A stretch of 64,000 nt of DNA. It comes from Caldilineae bacterium (GTDB taxonomy: Bacteria > Chloroflexota > Anaerolineae > JAAEKA01). This document shows positions 60,173-64,000 of this stretch, in pieces. The stretch lies in contig JACKBK010000009.1 in assembly GCA_020634555.1 (NCBI GenBank), forward strand, positions 46,140 to 110,139. The letters run 5' to 3'. The notes under the pieces were generated by a model that did not search any database, was not told where the DNA came from, and was given only the letters and a program-made list of their open reading frames with translations. Every line of letters begins with the position of its first letter. Position 1 is the first letter of the stretch. Made by a program: the position numbers and the translations under genes.

Positions 60173-62724
60173 GGGGTTCCGTACAGCCTTTGGTAGTTGG
60201 CCAGGTGTGCAAGGACGCGGCGGACGTAGAGCTTGGGCTCGCTAAGGGTGATCTCCTCGACATAGAGGTCGTTGTCGTCGGTGGCCGCCTCGTCCAGCCA
60301 GTACCCGGCGTTGCCCGGCCCTGAGTTGTAGCCAACCAGCGCCGGATACATGTTGCCGTCGAACATCTCCAGCCCTGCGAAGAGGTAGTACGTCCCGAAC
60401 TTGATGTTGAGATACGGCTTGTAGATGTCGTCGGGCTGGAAATTGGGCCAGCCGATGGCGTTGGCGATCCACTCGGCCGTGCTGGGGATGACCTGTGTCA
60501 GGCCCTGGGCGGCGGCAAAGGAACGAGCGCCGCGCTCGAAGAAGCTCTCCTGGCGGATCAGCGCATAGACCAGCAGCGGATCGATGCCGCGGCTGGCCGC
60601 TTCCGCCTCCACCACGTCGGAGAAGTAGGTCGGGTAGGCCATGCGCTGGATGAAAAGCGGCGAGCCGAACAGCCCGTCAGGGCTGAGCGCACCGGTGCGC
60701 ACGGCTGCCAGCGTCGCGTCGCGGTACAGACCCAGGTCGCGGAAATAGAGCGCCAGCGCGTACTGTGCCAGCGGCGAATCGGCGTAGCGTTCGCGCACCT
60801 CGTCCATCTCCCGCAGCGCCTCGCCGCGCATCCCGGCGCGCAGATATGCCTCGCCGCGGGCAAGCTGCGGATCGGCAGCGACCTCAGCAGGCAGCGCGCG
60901 CAGGCTGGCCGGGTCGCTGCCCGGCGCCGCCCAGCCGGCCAGCCACTGTTCCGCCTCCGCCTGCAAATCGCTGTCCGTAACATCCGCTTTCGCCGTCCCT
61001 TGACTTTGCCACTGATCACTGATCACCGATAACTGGTCACTGCCCGCAGCGATCTCAGCCGCCCGCGCCGTGTAGTAGCTGTCGGCGGCCTCGGCGGCCA
61101 GCCCCTGCCACAGTTGCGCCGCGCGCGCCGCGTCGCCCAGCTCCAGCGCGCCCTTGCCGGCCCAGAAACGGCCCGCGTGGGCGTAGGTGTTGTTGGGGTA
61201 GCCGTCCACCAGCCGTTGCCAGCTTGCCACCGCGGCTTCGACCTGGCCAAGCTCGTACTGGCAGACGCCGCCCCGGTAGAGCGCCTCGCCGGCGTCGGCA
61301 GCCGCGGGGTAGAGCCGCGCGATGTCGAGGTATTCGGCGGCCGCGGTCTGGCAGTCCCCGTCGCGCTCGGCGACGCGGGCGGCCTCCAGCAGCGCGGCCG
61401 GCGTGCCTGCTTGTTTGTACAACGAGCGGGCGGTGGCCGCGTTGCCCAGCCGACTGTTGGCGACGGCCATGCGGATCAGCACGGTTGTGCGGTCGCCGTA
61501 CTCAGGATGTGTGTCCAGCAAGTTCTGCCATTCGGCCAGCGCGCTGGTGTACTCGCGCTGGTTGAAATACGCCTCGGCCACCTGAAGGTGCGGCTCGGCC
61601 GGGTGGTCGGGGACGGCGTCGAAATAGCGATAGATCGTCGCGATGCCGTCGGCGTACAGCCCGTTGCCCAGCAGGATGCGGGCGTAGGCAAGGTCGTCCA
61701 ACGGCTGGCCGGCGGCTGCCAGCGCATTGGCGGCAGTGAGAGCGCCCGGGCTGGCGTCGTCCTCGGCGATTGCACGCCGGTAGCGATCCAGCGCGGCGTC
61801 GGCCTGGCCGTCATCAGCCAGCCATTGGCCGGCGCGTGTTTGCAACTCAGCCCGGTAACGGGCGAACTGGCTGCGGCCCAGGATCGCGTCCAGTTGTGCG
61901 ACGGCCGCGCCGGTGTCGCCACGGTCGCGGTAGATGTCGGCCAGTTCTTCCTGGGCGGCGAAGAGCACGAAGTTGTCGGTCGCAGCCGCAACGGCCTGAT
62001 CCAGCGCGGCCAGCGCGCCGTCTGTGTCCTCAGCCTGCAGCAGCAGCCGGCCGATGCGCAGGTTGACCTCGCCGGCCAGCGTGTCGTCGTTGGCCAGATA
62101 GCGCCGATAGGCATCCACCGCTCCCGCCGGGTTACCGACCTGCGCCAGCGCATCGCCAAGCCAGAAGTCAAGCTCTACGGGCAGCGCCTCTTCGGGAACC
62201 TGCTCACGGGCCAGTCCCAACGCTACGACTGCTTCGGTCGGTTGTTCGTCCTCCAGATAAGCCTGGCCCAGCCGCCAGCGCGCTTCGTAGCCTTCTGGGC
62301 TGTCGGGCTGCGCCTGGACGATGGCGGCGTAGCGCTGGCGGGCATCGACGTAATCGCCGTTGTCGTGCAGGCGGCGCGCCTCGGCCAGGGCCTGGCTGGG
62401 CGGGACCGTAGGCGTGGCTGTGGGGGTGGGTGTGTTGGTCGGCGTGGCCGTCGGCGACGGCGTGGATGTCGCGGTGTTGGTGGGTGTGGCCGTTGGCGGG
62501 TCGGTCGGCGGGGCCGCGATGGCATCGGTTGGCGCGGTTGCAGCCGCCGGCTCGACCGTGGTTGGCGCAGCCTGTGGCGTTTCAGCCGGCGCGGCGGTTG
62601 TGGCCGTGGCTGCTGCGGCCGGCGTCTCGTCACCCCGGTTGCACGCAGCCAGCGCGATCACGAGGACCGCGATCAGCGCGACCAACGCGAGGCGGGGAAG
62701 CAGGTTCTGGTGTTTCCGTTGCAT
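60169..62724 (-). CDS. Lipoprotein with Pro/Thr/Ala-rich linker, long TPR region and C-terminal lytic transglycosylase (SLT) domain
   Basis: ATG at 62724 (MQRKHQNLLPRLALVALIAVLVIALAAC...). SLT motif ALIRQESFFERGARSFAAAQGLTQVIPSTA...GYNSGPGN. Confidence 0.85.
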   Translation of the reverse strand: MQRKHQNLLPRLALVALIAVLVIALAACNRGDETPAAAATATTAAPAETPQAAPTTVEPAAATAPTDAIAAPPTDPPTATPTNTATSTPSPTATPTNTPTPTATPTVPPSQALAEARRLHDNGDYVDARQRYAAIVQAQPDSPEGYEARWRLGQAYLEDEQPTEAVVALGLAREQVPEEALPVELDFWLGDALAQVGNPAGAVDAYRRYLANDDTLAGEVNLRIGRLLLQAEDTDGALAALDQAVAAATDNFVLFAAQEELADIYRDRGDTGAAVAQLDAILGRSQFARYRAELQTRAGQWLADDGQADAALDRYRRAIAEDDASPGALTAANALAAAGQPLDDLAYARILLGNGLYADGIATIYRYFDAVPDHPAEPHLQVAEAYFNQREYTSALAEWQNLLDTHPEYGDRTTVLIRMAVANSRLGNAATARSLYKQAGTPAALLEAARVAERDGDCQTAAAEYLDIARLYPAAADAGEALYRGGVCQYELGQVEAAVASWQRLVDGYPNNTYAHAGRFWAGKGALELGDAARAAQLWQGLAAEAADSYYTARAAEIAAGSDQLSVISDQWQSQGTAKADVTDSDLQAEAEQWLAGWAAPGSDPASLRALPAEVAADPQLARGEAYLRAGMRGEALREMDEVRERYADSPLAQYALALYFRDLGLYRDATLAAVRTGALSPDGLFGSPLFIQRMAYPTYFSDVVEAEAASRGIDPLLVYALIRQESFFERGARSFAAAQGLTQVIPSTAEWIANAIGWPNFQPDDIYKPYLNIKFGTYYLFAGLEMFDGNMYPALVGYNSGPGNAGYWLDEAATDDNDLYVEEITLSEPKLYVRRVLAHLANYQRLYGTP

Positions 62725-62939
62725 GGGTCGATGATAGCCTGCGCGCGACACGATGTCAAGTAGAGGTTGTCCAGTTTTCAGGCAAGCAAATCCTCCTGCG
62801 TTCCGGCTGGTCTCCTGACCGCCCGGAACGCAGGTAGGCGCGTTGTGAGGCAAACGGACTTGTGATGGCTGTCTACCTGTGGTAAGCTACGACAACCACC
62901 GACCTATCCACTATTCTCCTCTAAGATAGGAACATCGCC

Positions 62940-64000
62940 ATGTCAGATAACAGCACAACAGGCTGGAACGTTCCAGCCGATTACTTCAGAGAATTCCACG
63001 TCTCAAGAGAGGCGCGCGATCTGTATCAGTTCGACGAGTCGCTTTTCTCGCTGCGGGGCACCGTCGTCATTCCCAACTTCCGCGCCGCGCGCCAGTTCGC
63101 CGACCAGATGAACGAGCGCCGCGATCTGGTGCGTTTCCCCGAACAGGCGGTCAAGGCAGGCCAGATCAACGCGATGGCGCTGATCCACGAGATCCTGCAC
63201 CTGATGGTCGTCTCGTATCGCCAGCAGAAGAACCCCGGCGCGCTGAAGGACGCCCTGGACCATCTGGACGAGACGCTCTCGGCCGAGCCGGTGGAGACCA
63301 CGTTGACGGAGTTCGTCGACGACTTTCCTGCCCAGACGGTCTACAAGGGCGAGATAACTGTGCCCGACTATCTGGCCAGCGACACCGCGGGCGATCCTAA
63401 CCCGCAAGTCTCGCTGGAGGAAATGCTGCTGCTGTGGTTGTCCAACACCAACCCGGCCTTTGAGCCGTACCGCGAGCTGTTCGACGACACGCCACTGGAG
63501 CGCGACACCGAGTACGAGCGCATGATTGGCGAGCTGCGCCAGTTCTTCGCCAGCCAGCCCGGCTTCGGCGAGGGCAACGTCAGCCTGATGGACATGCTGG
63601 AGGCGCCGGCCAAGGCATCGCCCTACTCGCTGGAAGGCCAGCTCGAGTTCATCCGCCAGAACTGGGCGCAGTTTCTGGGCAAGCACATCTTCCGCCTGCT
63701 GGCCGGGCTGGACCTGATCGCCGAGGAGGAAAAACCGGTCTTCTTTGGCCCCGGACCGTCCGAGGCGCCCGACTTTGGCCACCTGACTGTCGAGCCGGAG
63801 CGTTTCAGCCCCGACCGCGATTGGATGCCCAAGGTCGTGATGATGGCCAAGAACGCCTACGTCTGGCTGGACCAACTCTCGCGCAAGTACGGCATGGAAC
63901 TGCGCTACCTGAACCAGATACCGGACGAGGAACTTGATTTTCTGGCGCAGGGCGGCTTTACCGGCCTCTGGCTGATCGGGCTGTGGGAGCGCAGCACTGC
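62940..64000 (+). CDS. Alpha-amylase-family-like protein, N-terminal 353 codons; continues past the right edge
   Basis: Own translation from the ATG at 62940: MSDNSTTGWNVPADYFREFHVSREARDLYQFDESLF...FSPDRDWMPKVVMMAKNAYVWLDQLSRKYGMELRYLNQIPDEELDFLAQGGFTGLWLIGLWERS. No stop to the window end, so it is absent from the track. Family call is from memory of similar large glucan-enzyme N-termini. Confidence 0.6.
   Translation, partial: MSDNSTTGWNVPADYFREFHVSREARDLYQFDESLFSLRGTVVIPNFRAARQFADQMNERRDLVRFPEQAVKAGQINAMALIHEILHLMVVSYRQQKNPGALKDALDHLDETLSAEPVETTLTEFVDDFPAQTVYKGEITVPDYLASDTAGDPNPQVSLEEMLLLWLSNTNPAFEPYRELFDDTPLERDTEYERMIGELRQFFASQPGFGEGNVSLMDMLEAPAKASPYSLEGQLEFIRQNWAQFLGKHIFRLLAGLDLIAEEEKPVFFGPGPSEAPDFGHLTVEPERFSPDRDWMPKVVMMAKNAYVWLDQLSRKYGMELRYLNQIPDEELDFLAQGGFTGLWLIGLWERST

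Noticed and set aside
63003-63875. 290-aa minus-strand ORF
   Set aside because: It is an antisense shadow of the off-edge alpha-amylase-like gene on the + strand.

Overview
GC-rich bacterial chromosome segment; GC was judged by eye, not computed. Gene content and protein features suggest a Chloroflexota-like or Thermus-like lineage: S14 type Z, zinc-ribbon L24, a large insertion early in RpoC, many TTG/GTG starts. This assignment is an inference only.

The centre (about 19.9-51.8 kb, + strand) is one uninterrupted transcription/translation super-cluster. Its order is rpoB-rpoC, rpsL-rpsG-fusA-tuf, then the S10, spc and alpha blocks with secY-adk-map-rpmJ, then truA and rplM-rpsI.

The left flank (minus strand) carries larB-larE-larC (larC runs off the edge), then a four-gene accessory cassette, then housekeeping genes. 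The cassette encodes a CHAT-NACHT(like)-HEAT protein, a papain-like C1 peptidase, a clan GH-A-like hydrolase and an orphan protein. The housekeeping genes are hom, a GAF-PP2C phosphatase, queG, fabF, plsX and degV.

The right flank has mog, a lipoprotein, a gamma-carbonic-anhydrase-like protein, a cytochrome c and a thioredoxin-TPR protein. It also holds an AT-richer island of orphan Rhs/YD toxin fragments with small membrane proteins. Beyond that lie a translationally coupled SLT-TPR / LysM-LTD / DUF1992 trio and an alpha-amylase-like gene running off the right edge.

Non-coding space is populated by a palindromic MITE/REP-like repeat family (five loci, one with its core amplified 4 x 87 bp) and by tracts of heptanucleotide repeats.

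The best candidate for an undescribed system is the CHAT-NACHT(like)-HEAT cassette at 2475-9273; the Rhs orphan island is second. No rRNA, tRNA or CRISPR array was found. All calls come from reading the sequence and ORF translations; no database search was run.
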